Shown here: positions 7,728-15,595 of the stretch, in pieces
Layout: each line of letters starts with the position of its first letter
Numbering within the stretch: the stretch's first letter is position 1
DNA from: Zymomonas mobilis subsp. mobilis ATCC 10988
GTDB lineage: Bacteria > Pseudomonadota > Alphaproteobacteria > Sphingomonadales > Sphingomonadaceae
Length of the DNA: 32,000 bases
NCBI RefSeq assembly: GCF_000175255.2
Contig: NC_017262.1
Coordinates: 1,440,001 to 1,472,000 of the forward strand
Reading direction: 5' to 3'
Translations under genes and position numbers: made by a program
The notes under the pieces: model-generated
Databases searched by the model: none
Told to the model about the DNA's origin: nothing
Seen by the model: the letters and a program-made list of their open reading frames with translations, nothing else

Positions 7728-9151
7728 AGGATAAGTCGCGGAAAAATCAAATTATAGAGCGCTTTGGAAAGGCAAGCGCTTACGATCAAGCTGCATTTGT
7801 CCAAAAAATTGTTGCTAAGAAATTAGCTGAAAAAATCAAATTAACTTTCCCAAATTCTACATTCTTACCAATTAAAATATTAGAATTTGGTTGTGGAACT
7901 GGCTTTTTGACGGAAGAGCTTACTCGTCTTTTTCCAAAGGCCGAGATTACTGTCTCAGATATTTCTCCTGCGATGTTAGAGCGAGCAAAAACAAAATTTG
8001 ATCCTCTTCGTAATGCTCTCAATTTTCAGGTGTTAGATGGCGAGAATCCTCCCCAATATCCTTTCTATGACCTGATTTGTTCCAGCCTTAGTTTGCAGTG
8101 GTTTGCTGATAGACAGAAAGGACTACGCCGTCTTATTGACCAGCTTAACCCCGATGGTCAGTTGTGGGTTTCAACCTTATGCGAAAATAGCTTTCATGAG
8201 TGGCGACAGCTATACCATCAACGAAACTTGCTTTGTCCTATAATGGAATGTGCTTCAATAAGTGAGCTTCAATCCGATTGGCCCGCTTTAGGACAGGGCG
8301 AATGGATATCGGAAAAAATTATCGACTATCCTCAAAATGGATTTACCTTCCTTCGCCATTTTAAAAAAATAGGAGCCTCTCTACCGGAGGAGACTATTCC
8401 TCCATTGTCTGCATCTAAATTGAGGACTCTTTTAAAGTTATTTGATCAGGGAGAGAAAAAGATTACCTATCACGTAGGCTATGGCTCTTTTCGAAAATCA
8501 TCAAGAAAAGGTGTCTTTGTAACAGGCACAGATACCGGTATTGGAAAAACATTAACAGCAGCATGCCTCGTTAGAGCTTGGAAATCTTTTTACTGGAAGC
8601 CCTTTCAGACAGGTTTATCGGAAGAAGAGGGTGATAGTGCAGTCGTTAAACGATTGGCTAAAATCTCTGATGATCAATTAATCCCCCCAGCCGTTACTTT
8701 GGCCGCGCCGTTATCACCTGAAGCTGCCGCAAAACAAGAAAATCGCATTATAACAAAACATGATATTAGTTTTCCGTCCTTAAAGGATAACGAAATTCTA
8801 GTGATTGAAGGTGCTGGTGGTTTGATGGTGCCCATCTCACCAGATAAAATGATGATTGACTTTATTCAGGATTGTCAATTGCCTGTTATTTTGGTGGCCA
8901 GAAGCGGGTTAGGAACAATCAACCATACACTTCTTAGCTTGGAAGCACTCCGTTCACGGAAAATCCCGATAGCAGGTGCCATTTTAAGCGGTACCCAAAA
9001 TCAAGAAAACAGACAGGCTATCGAAAAATATGGTAAAGTATCTATCCTAGCAGAAATACCATGTCTAGATCAGGTTAATCCTGAGCAGATCGAGATTGTT
9101 GCGCGTAACATGCCTGCTTTTGATACCATTCGTCCAAGTATAGATTGCTGA
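7724..9151 (+). CDS. bioC/bioD: Fused malonyl-[ACP] O-methyltransferase / dethiobiotin synthetase (BioC-BioD single ORF)
   Basis: The N-terminal ~260 aa are BioC-like: FGKASAYDQAAFVQ, SAM motif ILEFGCGTGFLT, SLSLQW, and an ending ITYHVGYGSFRK comparable to E. coli LTYHLFLGVIARE. The sequence continues directly into BioD: GVFVTGTDTGIGKT, WKPFQTG, IEGAGGLMVP. There is no stop codon or Met at the junction (about nt 8500). The start is ATG 7724 (ATGA overlap with the bioH stop) or ATG 7715. Confidence 0.85.
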   Translation: MKDKSRKNQIIERFGKASAYDQAAFVQKIVAKKLAEKIKLTFPNSTFLPIKILEFGCGTGFLTEELTRLFPKAEITVSDISPAMLERAKTKFDPLRNALNFQVLDGENPPQYPFYDLICSSLSLQWFADRQKGLRRLIDQLNPDGQLWVSTLCENSFHEWRQLYHQRNLLCPIMECASISELQSDWPALGQGEWISEKIIDYPQNGFTFLRHFKKIGASLPEETIPPLSASKLRTLLKLFDQGEKKITYHVGYGSFRKSSRKGVFVTGTDTGIGKTLTAACLVRAWKSFYWKPFQTGLSEEEGDSAVVKRLAKISDDQLIPPAVTLAAPLSPEAAAKQENRIITKHDISFPSLKDNEILVIEGAGGLMVPISPDKMMIDFIQDCQLPVILVARSGLGTINHTLLSLEALRSRKIPIAGAILSGTQNQENRQAIEKYGKVSILAEIPCLDQVNPEQIEIVARNMPAFDTIRPSIDC

Positions 9152-9161
9152 AAACTGTCTA

Positions 9162-10085
9162 ATGAAAAATAAGAATTGGTTTGAAGACAGTCACCCTGCA
9201 CGGTTGCTGGCTACGCAATGGGAACAGTATTTGCAATTCTCATTGCGGCGTTCGCCTCATGGTATTCGGGCGTATATGGCCACTGTCCATCGCTTTATTA
9301 GCTTTCTTGGAAATCATCGCGGTGATTTAATTGATAAAAATACGCTCCAAAAAACTGATATTGCAGAAATTAGAGCTTTTTTAGCTTATCGTCGTCAATC
9401 CGGCCTAGCTAATAGTTCTGTCGCTCGCGAAATTTCAGGGATACGTGCTTTTTTGCGCTTTATAGGTCTAGATCCCATTCCGGCTATAAAAGGGGCACGG
9501 GTAAAGAAAGGCATCCCAAGACCTTTATCACCTGAAGATGCTGTCGCGCTAGCAAAGGAAGCCAGCGAAGAGGCTTCAGAACAATGGATAGAAGCACGTG
9601 ATTTAGCCTTACTGCTTCTTTTATATGGTTCTGGTCTTCGGATAAGCGAAGCGCTTAATTTGACATGTGAAATATTACCCCTACAGACGACTTTAAGGGT
9701 TGTAGGCAAACGATCTAAAATACGCATTGTGCCTTTGCTAGAAAAAGTAAAAAGAGCAATGGAAACCTACGTCCGGCTTTGCCCCTATGCTTTTTCTGGA
9801 AGTCAGCCTTTTTTTAGAGGTGCAAAAGGGGGTGTTCTTTCTGCTGACGTTCTACGACGGACAGTCCGCAAGGCGCGCTACCACCTTGGCCTTGATAACA
9901 AGGCAACACCACATGCGTTACGTCATAGCTTTGCATCTCATCTACTGGGGCGGGGGGCAGATCTCCGTAGCTTGCAAGAGTTACTAGGCCATGCAAGCCT
10001 TTCTTCTACGCAAATATACACAGCAGTTGATGCAGCTCGTTTGCTAGATGTTTATCGGGCGGCACATCCCCGCGCCGATAAATAG
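9162..10085 (+). CDS. xerC: Tyrosine site-specific recombinase, XerC-like
   Basis: It has a phage-integrase N-terminal SAM-like domain and the catalytic set GLRISEA...HALRHSFASHLLGRGADLRSLQELLGHASLSSTQIYT (R, HxxR, H, Y). The XerC versus XerD assignment is tentative. It starts 10 nt after the bioCD stop. Confidence 0.7.
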   Translation: MKNKNWFEDSHPARLLATQWEQYLQFSLRRSPHGIRAYMATVHRFISFLGNHRGDLIDKNTLQKTDIAEIRAFLAYRRQSGLANSSVAREISGIRAFLRFIGLDPIPAIKGARVKKGIPRPLSPEDAVALAKEASEEASEQWIEARDLALLLLLYGSGLRISEALNLTCEILPLQTTLRVVGKRSKIRIVPLLEKVKRAMETYVRLCPYAFSGSQPFFRGAKGGVLSADVLRRTVRKARYHLGLDNKATPHALRHSFASHLLGRGADLRSLQELLGHASLSSTQIYTAVDAARLLDVYRAAHPRADK

Positions 10086-10089
10086 CATC

Positions 10090-11040
10090 TTATAGGCTTT
10101 TGATTTTATTTTCGATTTTATCCCATATCATACCGGCAACATTACTATCGTTAAAACGATCCATCGCGACAATCCCAGTCGGAGATGTGACATTTATTTC
10201 CGTCAGATATCCTGCAATCACATCAATTCCGACAAATAGGAGCCCTTGTTTTGCTAATTCTGGCCCTAAAATCTGACAAATTTCTTTTTCTTTCTCAGTA
10301 AGAGAAGCCGCCTCGGCGGTTCCTCCGACACCTAAATTAGATCTAATCTCACCCTGACGGGGGACTCGATTGATAGCGCCCGCCACTTCTCCGTCGACTA
10401 GAATAATTCGTTTATCACCCTTACTAACATCTGGGATAAAAGCCTGCGCCATATAAGGTTCTCTCCAGACTTCGCCAAATAATTCTGACAGTGCTCCAAT
10501 ATTTTTCCCGTCACGGCCGATATAAAATACAGCGGATCCAGCATTACCATAAAGGGGTTTAACTACGATTTCATGATGCCTCTTATGAAAAGCCCGTAAT
10601 TGTTCGACATCGCGCGTAATCAATGTCGGTGGCATAAATTGAGCGAAATCAAGAACATATAATTTTTCAGGCGCATTTCTTACAGCTGCGGGATTATTAA
10701 CCACTAAAGTTTTATTCGTAATGCGTTCAAGCAAATGGGTGGCTGTAATATAGGCAAGATCAAAAGGAGGATCCTGCCTCATTAAAACAACATCAACATC
10801 ACTTTCTAAATCAATCTCTTCTTCAGGCTCCTCGGTATAATGAGAACCTTGAACCGCATTAACTTGAACGGGATGCGCTTTTGCAACAACTCGACCTTCT
10901 TTATAGCTGAGATCTGAAGCCAGATAATGCCATAATTTATAACCACGTTTTTGAGCTGCTAGCATAAGAGCAAAGGAAGAATCACCCGCTATCTTAACAG
11001 ATTCCAAAGGGTCCATCTGAACCGCAACTTTAAGATGCAC
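10090..11040 (-). CDS. gshB: Glutathione synthetase
   Basis: The 316-aa protein begins with a prokaryotic GshB-type N-terminus (VAVQMDPLESVKIAGDSSFALMLAAQKRGY) and has an ATP-grasp C-terminal part (GDKRIILVDGE...GEIRSNL..GG). It is convergent with xerC, with a 4-nt gap. Confidence 0.9.
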   Translation of the reverse strand: MHLKVAVQMDPLESVKIAGDSSFALMLAAQKRGYKLWHYLASDLSYKEGRVVAKAHPVQVNAVQGSHYTEEPEEEIDLESDVDVVLMRQDPPFDLAYITATHLLERITNKTLVVNNPAAVRNAPEKLYVLDFAQFMPPTLITRDVEQLRAFHKRHHEIVVKPLYGNAGSAVFYIGRDGKNIGALSELFGEVWREPYMAQAFIPDVSKGDKRIILVDGEVAGAINRVPRQGEIRSNLGVGGTAEAASLTEKEKEICQILGPELAKQGLLFVGIDVIAGYLTEINVTSPTGIVAMDRFNDSNVAGMIWDKIENKIKSL

Positions 11041-11349
11041 CGTATATATCTCCCAAAATTCAAACTCTCTTATAGAGAATTGCCTTTCAGGCTCTTTTAT
11101 TTCAAGCCATTAAATCGAAGATTATAGCTTTAATATCTAAGCTATAAGAATTATTTTTTAATTTTAATGAATTTTTTGGAGAAATTTACAAAATTTTTTG
11201 TGCAAAATGGTGAAATGTTTTATTTTGAATGGCAAAAATAAAAGAATTCGAATTAGTTACTTTATTAAAAAATATATTCCTTCCCAAGGAAACCAGTTTT
11301 TCTTGATTCCCTTGGGTGCTTCCTAACCAGATTAAATACTCTTTAACTA

Positions 11350-12196
11350 GGCTCAGGACTCATTCTTTGAGATAGAAGATGAAACTTGCTGCGATATGGA
11401 TTGCTGACATGAATGTGTGAGCGCACCGGTCGTATCGTGTTGCGACACGCCGCCAGTCTTTGAGCTTTGCGAACATATTTTCGATGAGGTGACGTTTTTT
11501 ATACAGATGCCAGTCGTAAGGCGGCTTTGATTTCCGGTTCTTCTTCGGCGGAATACAGGCGGTGATATTCCGGTCTGCGAGAGACTGTCTGATTTTATTA
11601 CTGTCGTATCCCCGGTCCCCGAGAATTTCTTGTGTTTCTTCCGGCAGATTTGCCAGCAGAACATCCGCGCCTTTGAAGTCACTGACCTGACCTGCGGTCA
11701 GATGCAGCCGGACAGGGCGGCCCTGACTATCGCATACAGCGTGAAGCTTTGAGTTCAGTCCGCCTTTCGTGCGTCCGATATGGCGGGGAAAAGCCCCTTT
11801 TTGAGCAGGGAGGCCGCTGTCCGGTGTGCTTTCAGATGTGTTGCATCGATCATCAGACGCTTTGAACGGCCTGCCTGCTCCGTCAGGGCGACGAAGATCC
11901 GGTCAAAGACACCCAGGCGGCTCCACCGGATAAACCGGTTGTATAAAGTCTTGTGCGGGCCATACGCTTTCGGGGCGTCTTTCCACTGAAGGCCGTTGCG
12001 GATCACGTAAACGATCCCGCTCAGGACACGACGGTCATCGACACGCGGCACACCATGCGCCAGTGGAAAAAACGGCTTAATCCGTTCCATCTGGTGCTCA
12101 GACAGCAAAAACACGTCACTCACAGCTTCACCTCCATCGGTAAACCTGTGAATCACAACAGCCCGCTCAACTCAAGAAATTAACAGGTCCTGAGCC
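11350..12196 (-). mobile_element. IS5-family insertion sequence (IS427-like), copy 2, 847 bp
   Basis: It has the same length, orientation and ends as copy 1. By eye it differs only at 11495 (T vs C at 3842) and 11863 (T vs C at 4210). It is flanked by TA/TA, within CTAG on both sides. Confidence 0.9.
11360..12156 (-). CDS. IS5/IS427-group DDE transposase (OrfA-OrfB, -1 frameshift at 11797-11803)
   Basis: Same reading as for copy 1. The two nucleotide differences are synonymous in the transposase frames (AAG/AAA Lys; TCG/TCA Ser). Confidence 0.8.
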
Positions 12197-12219
12197 TAGA
12201 AATGGTGGGGTAAAAGATT

Positions 12220-13320
12220 TTAGACATTGAAGCGGAACAGCATGATATCACCATCAGTAACAACATACTCTTTGCCTTCTTGACGCAGCTTACCTGCTTC
12301 ACGAGCTCCAGCATCACCACCACATGCAATATAGTCATCAAAGCCGATAGTTTCTGCCCGAATAAAACCGCGCTCGAAATCTGTGTGAATAACGCCAGCG
12401 GCTTGTGGTGCTTTTGCGCCTTTTGTTATAGTCCATGCACGAGCTTCTTTTGGACCAACCGTAAAAAACGTAATAAGATCAAGCAGGTCATAGCCCGCGC
12501 GAATAATTCTACCTAGTCCGGTTTCCTTTAATCCTAGGTCAGACAAGAAAACAGATCGGTCTTCGGGTTCCATTGTCGCTATTTCAGATTCAATGGCAGC
12601 CGAAACAATGACAGCTCTTGATCCTTCAGCTTTTGCGCGTTCAAAGATTTTTGCAGAAAATTCATTGCCTTCAGCTGCAGCCGCTTCATCAACATTACAT
12701 ACATACAAGATCGGTTTTGCTGTAATAAGCTGTGCTTGAGCAAAATGACGCTCTTCATCTACGTCTTTAGGTTGTGTCAAACGCGCCGGCTTCCCATCAC
12801 GTAATAAATCAAGGGCTTGCCCCAAAACACTGGCGGCCACTTTCGCCTCTTTATCTCCGCCTTGAGCTTTTTTTTGGAGGTTGGGAACTCTTTTCTCAAG
12901 ACTCTCGAGATCCGCTAACAGTAATTCTGTTTCAATTATCTCTGCATCTGCGACTGGATCAACTTTGCCTTCGACATGAGTAATATCATCGTCTTCGAAA
13001 CAACGTAATACATGGACGATAGCATCAACTTCACGGATATGCCCTAAAAACTGATTTCCTAAGCCTTCACCCTTTGATGCGCCTCGAACCAGACCTGCAA
13101 TATCGACAAAGCCTAACTGTGTTTCAACAACACGTTGAGAGTTAGCAATCTCTGCAATTTGGTTCAAGCGAGGGTCGGGTACAGCAACCTGGCCGACATT
13201 AGGCTCAATGGTGCAAAACGGATAGTTGGCCGCCTGAGCTGCCGCGGTTTCTGTCAGCGCATTGAAAAGGGTTGATTTCCCGACATTTGGCAAACCCACA
13301 ATACCGCAACGAAAACCCAT
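12220..13320 (-). CDS. ychF: Ribosome-binding/redox-regulated ATPase YchF (Obg-like)
   Basis: It has the G1 motif GIVGLPNVGKSTLFNALT, then DIAGLV and a TGS-like C-terminus (IHTDFERGFIRAE). 366 aa. Confidence 0.92.
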   Translation of the reverse strand: MGFRCGIVGLPNVGKSTLFNALTETAAAQAANYPFCTIEPNVGQVAVPDPRLNQIAEIANSQRVVETQLGFVDIAGLVRGASKGEGLGNQFLGHIREVDAIVHVLRCFEDDDITHVEGKVDPVADAEIIETELLLADLESLEKRVPNLQKKAQGGDKEAKVAASVLGQALDLLRDGKPARLTQPKDVDEERHFAQAQLITAKPILYVCNVDEAAAAEGNEFSAKIFERAKAEGSRAVIVSAAIESEIATMEPEDRSVFLSDLGLKETGLGRIIRAGYDLLDLITFFTVGPKEARAWTITKGAKAPQAAGVIHTDFERGFIRAETIGFDDYIACGGDAGAREAGKLRQEGKEYVVTDGDIMLFRFNV

Positions 13321-13369
13321 ATCTTTATCCTTCTATTTTTAATTCCGTTTAATGGATACAAACCATAGC

Positions 13370-13939
13370 TTAGGACTGACGACGTAAAGCAATTTCACTC
13401 ATAAAACGGGCATCGTCATCATTTGCTAGCCACGGAATTGCTTGATTTATAGCATTTAACATGTCAGCGAGACTATCTGTTTCACTTTTGGCAAAATTGC
13501 CAAGAACATAATCATGAACGCGAGATTTCTCTCCTGGATGTCCGATACCCAATCTTACCCGCCGAAAACTTTGTCCTATGTGAGCAATCGTAGATCGAAG
13601 TCCATTATGTCCAGCCGCCCCGCCGCCTTTTTTCACCTTAACCCGCATAGGGGCAATATCTAATTCATCATGAAAAACTGTTACATCTTCGGGTGTTAAT
13701 TTGTAAAAACGCATGGCTTCACCAATCGCGCGTCCGCTTTCATTCATAAAAGTGGCTGGTTTCAAAAGCAGGATACGTTCTTGATCAATTTGGCCAAGGG
13801 AGATTTGACCTTGAAAAGCTCTTTTCCATGGCGCGAAGGATCTTTCGCTGGCTAGCATATCAACTGCCATAAAGCCTACATTATGCCGATTAAGTGCGTA
13901 AGATGACCCAGGATTACCAAGGCCTGCCCAAATCTGCAT
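13370..13939 (-). CDS. pth: Peptidyl-tRNA hydrolase
   Basis: It shows GLGNPG..Y..NRHNVGF and the catalytic region HDELD...GGHNGL. 189 aa. Confidence 0.92.
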   Translation of the reverse strand: MQIWAGLGNPGSSYALNRHNVGFMAVDMLASERSFAPWKRAFQGQISLGQIDQERILLLKPATFMNESGRAIGEAMRFYKLTPEDVTVFHDELDIAPMRVKVKKGGGAAGHNGLRSTIAHIGQSFRRVRLGIGHPGEKSRVHDYVLGNFAKSETDSLADMLNAINQAIPWLANDDDARFMSEIALRRQS

Positions 13940-13970
13940 TCTGTTCTACCTAGAAAATAATATAAAAATA

Positions 13971-14005
13971 TGAAGAAAAATCCGCCTGCCGTATGACAGG
14001 CGGAT
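13971..14005 (-). terminator. Rho-independent terminator-like hairpin between rplY and pth
   Basis: On the minus strand: ATCCGCCTG-TCATACGG-CAGGCGGAT followed by TTTTCTT. It begins 9 nt after the rplY stop and ends 32 nt before the pth start. Confidence 0.6.
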
Positions 14006-14013
14006 CATTATCC

Positions 14014-14676
14014 TTATTCAGATTTTTCAGCTTCTTTCTTTTCAGCAGAAGCTGCGGAAGCTGCAGCAGCAAGAGCTGCATCGGCTTCGTCATCAGCATT
14101 GCTTTTCATGCCTGACGGTGCAATCACCGTCGCTGCCGTTGATTCATGTTCATCATGAGCCAATTCGGCACCTTCTGGCAGCTTAATCTGATTCAGATGA
14201 ATAGAATCGCCTACTTCAAGGCCAGCGACAGAAACAACAATTTCTTCAGGGATAGCTGTCGCTTTAACTTTAAGCTTCAGTTCGTGATGAATAATGTTGA
14301 GAACACCACCAAGCTTGATGCCCGGTGATTTTTCTTCATCAACATACGAAACTGGAATAGCCACTTCGACCAGGCTATTTGCACTAACGCGCAGAAAATC
14401 TACATGCAGTACTCGATCCGTTACAGGATGGAACTGAACATCTTTCGGGATGGTCGGTAATTTTTGACCATCAACATCAATGGTAACAACAGAGTTCATG
14501 AAATGGCCAGTGTTTAACATTTTAAACAAGGCAATATGATCTACAGTGATACCCATTGCAGGGGTTTTATCGCCATAAATAACAGCAGGAACGAGGCCTT
14601 CGCGACGGATAGCGCGGGAGGCTCCCTTACCAGCCCGGTCGCGCTTTTTAGCCAACAGGTTGAGCGTGTCGCTCAT
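14014..14676 (-). CDS. rplY: 50S ribosomal protein L25 / general stress protein Ctc (long form)
   Basis: It carries RDRAGKGASRAIRREGLVPAVIYG...VQFHPVTDRVLHVDFLRV plus an acidic/Ala-rich tail. I place the start at ATG 14676 (GGAG 7 nt upstream). The track's 4-codon extension starts at TTG. Confidence 0.9.
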   Translation of the reverse strand: MSDTLNLLAKKRDRAGKGASRAIRREGLVPAVIYGDKTPAMGITVDHIALFKMLNTGHFMNSVVTIDVDGQKLPTIPKDVQFHPVTDRVLHVDFLRVSANSLVEVAIPVSYVDEEKSPGIKLGGVLNIIHHELKLKVKATAIPEEIVVSVAGLEVGDSIHLNQIKLPEGAELAHDEHESTAATVIAPSGMKSNADDEADAALAAAASAASAEKKEAEKSE

Positions 14677-14700
14677 GTTAGTCTCCAAAATTTTAAATTA

Positions 14701-14736
14701 GAAAAAACGGGTCGCCTCCAGGGATGATCGACCCGT
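14701..14736 (-). terminator. Strong terminator-like hairpin + U6, downstream of the yceD-like gene and 25 nt upstream of the rplY start
   Basis: On the minus strand: ACGGGTCG-(14 nt)-CGACCCGT followed by TTTTTT. Confidence 0.6.
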
Positions 14737-14743
14737 AGAAAGG

Positions 14744-14772
14744 CTCATAGAGGAGGACCTCCTCTCGAGCAA
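14744..14772 (-). promoter_or_regulatory. Candidate sigma70-type promoter TTGCTC-17-TATGAG whose spacer is largely a 15-bp palindrome (GAGGAGG-A-CCTCCTC)
   Basis: On the minus strand, -35 is at 14767-14772 and -10 at 14744-14749. The palindrome spans 14750-14764. The hexamers match the consensus only moderately. Confidence 0.25.
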
Positions 14773-14842
14773 GCCGCTATACAAAGAAAACCGCTTCTTT
14801 CGGGCGCTATTATTCAAATTCTTTAGGAAAACGGACAAATTT

Positions 14843-15382
14843 TTATTTGTTTGCTGTTTTTGCTTTCAGCTTTTCTAATATGGAAAATGGCGAGGCTTTC
14901 TCTTCTGGCAAGACGCCAGCTTTTGTTAATATCTGATCGGCATCAGGATGGCGGGGAAAAGAGGGGAGAACGAGGAGTAATGTTTCAGCGACAGCTTCGC
15001 CCAAATCGATCCGACTGTTGCTATAGAAAACAGTATCACAATCATCAGGTGATAGTTCTATTTCTTCTTCGAAGTCTTTTTCAGATTCTTCTGGTTGGAA
15101 TCTTAGAGCAAAGTCTTCATCAACCATTATCGGTAAAGGTAGACCTGTCGCAGAGCAATTTTGGATGACAGAAGCTTTTATTCTACCATGCGCAACAACG
15201 GTTGTCCCCTCACGATAGAAGTCAATATTCGCTTGGAGTGAATCTATAGCTTTCAACGAAAAGCGTTTAGCTAAAGCCGATTTTTCTATATCATTCGCCT
15301 GTAAGCTGACATGCTGTGCTTGCTCGCTAATCTGATTTAGGTTAAAAATGCGCGAAAATTCTGGGGATACGGATGTATCCAT
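14843..15382 (-). CDS. yceD: DUF177 / YceD-family protein (large-subunit rRNA accumulation protein-like)
   Basis: The 179-aa acidic protein ends like the COG1399/DUF177 family (DLGEAVAETLLLVLPSFPRHPD). Confidence 0.65.
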   Translation of the reverse strand: MDTSVSPEFSRIFNLNQISEQAQHVSLQANDIEKSALAKRFSLKAIDSLQANIDFYREGTTVVAHGRIKASVIQNCSATGLPLPIMVDEDFALRFQPEESEKDFEEEIELSPDDCDTVFYSNSRIDLGEAVAETLLLVLPSFPRHPDADQILTKAGVLPEEKASPFSILEKLKAKTANK

Positions 15383-15595
15383 CGGGTCTCTCCCGAAAAA
15401 AGGAATGAAATATCTGTTCGATTAGGCTTTTTCCATTTGTTCAAATCAAAAAAAGCTTTAACCAGACAGAATATAGCTATTGTTTGTAATATAGTTCAAT
15501 CATAGCTTCCCATGAAGGGGATGGATTGGATTTTTCATATATTTTGCTGATAGCCTTTACTTTGAAACAAAGGCCTATGGAGTACATAACTCAAT

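Noticed and set aside
11167-11241. 24-codon ATG ORF (MNFLEKFTKFFVQNGEMFYFEWQK) in the gshB upstream region, and a 17-codon ORF at about 27644-27697 (MIGCGHRFYRDNYKIIA)
   Set aside because: They have no convincing ribosome-binding sites, lie in AT-rich DNA where short ORFs arise by chance, and cannot be supported from the sequence alone.
3697-12196. The IS-bracketed 6.8-kb block as a novel accessory, defence or cargo island
   Set aside because: All six enclosed genes are recognisable core-metabolism or housekeeping genes (biotin synthesis, Xer recombinase, glutathione synthetase) with operon-like packing. Nothing in the block is unexplained. It is reported only as a recombination or composite-transposon-like structure.
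14843-15382. DUF177/yceD-like gene located 9 kb away from rpmF-plsX-fabH, instead of directly upstream as in E. coli
   Set aside because: This is probably just lineage-specific gene order. There is no sequence evidence of rearrangement (no repeats or IS at either site).
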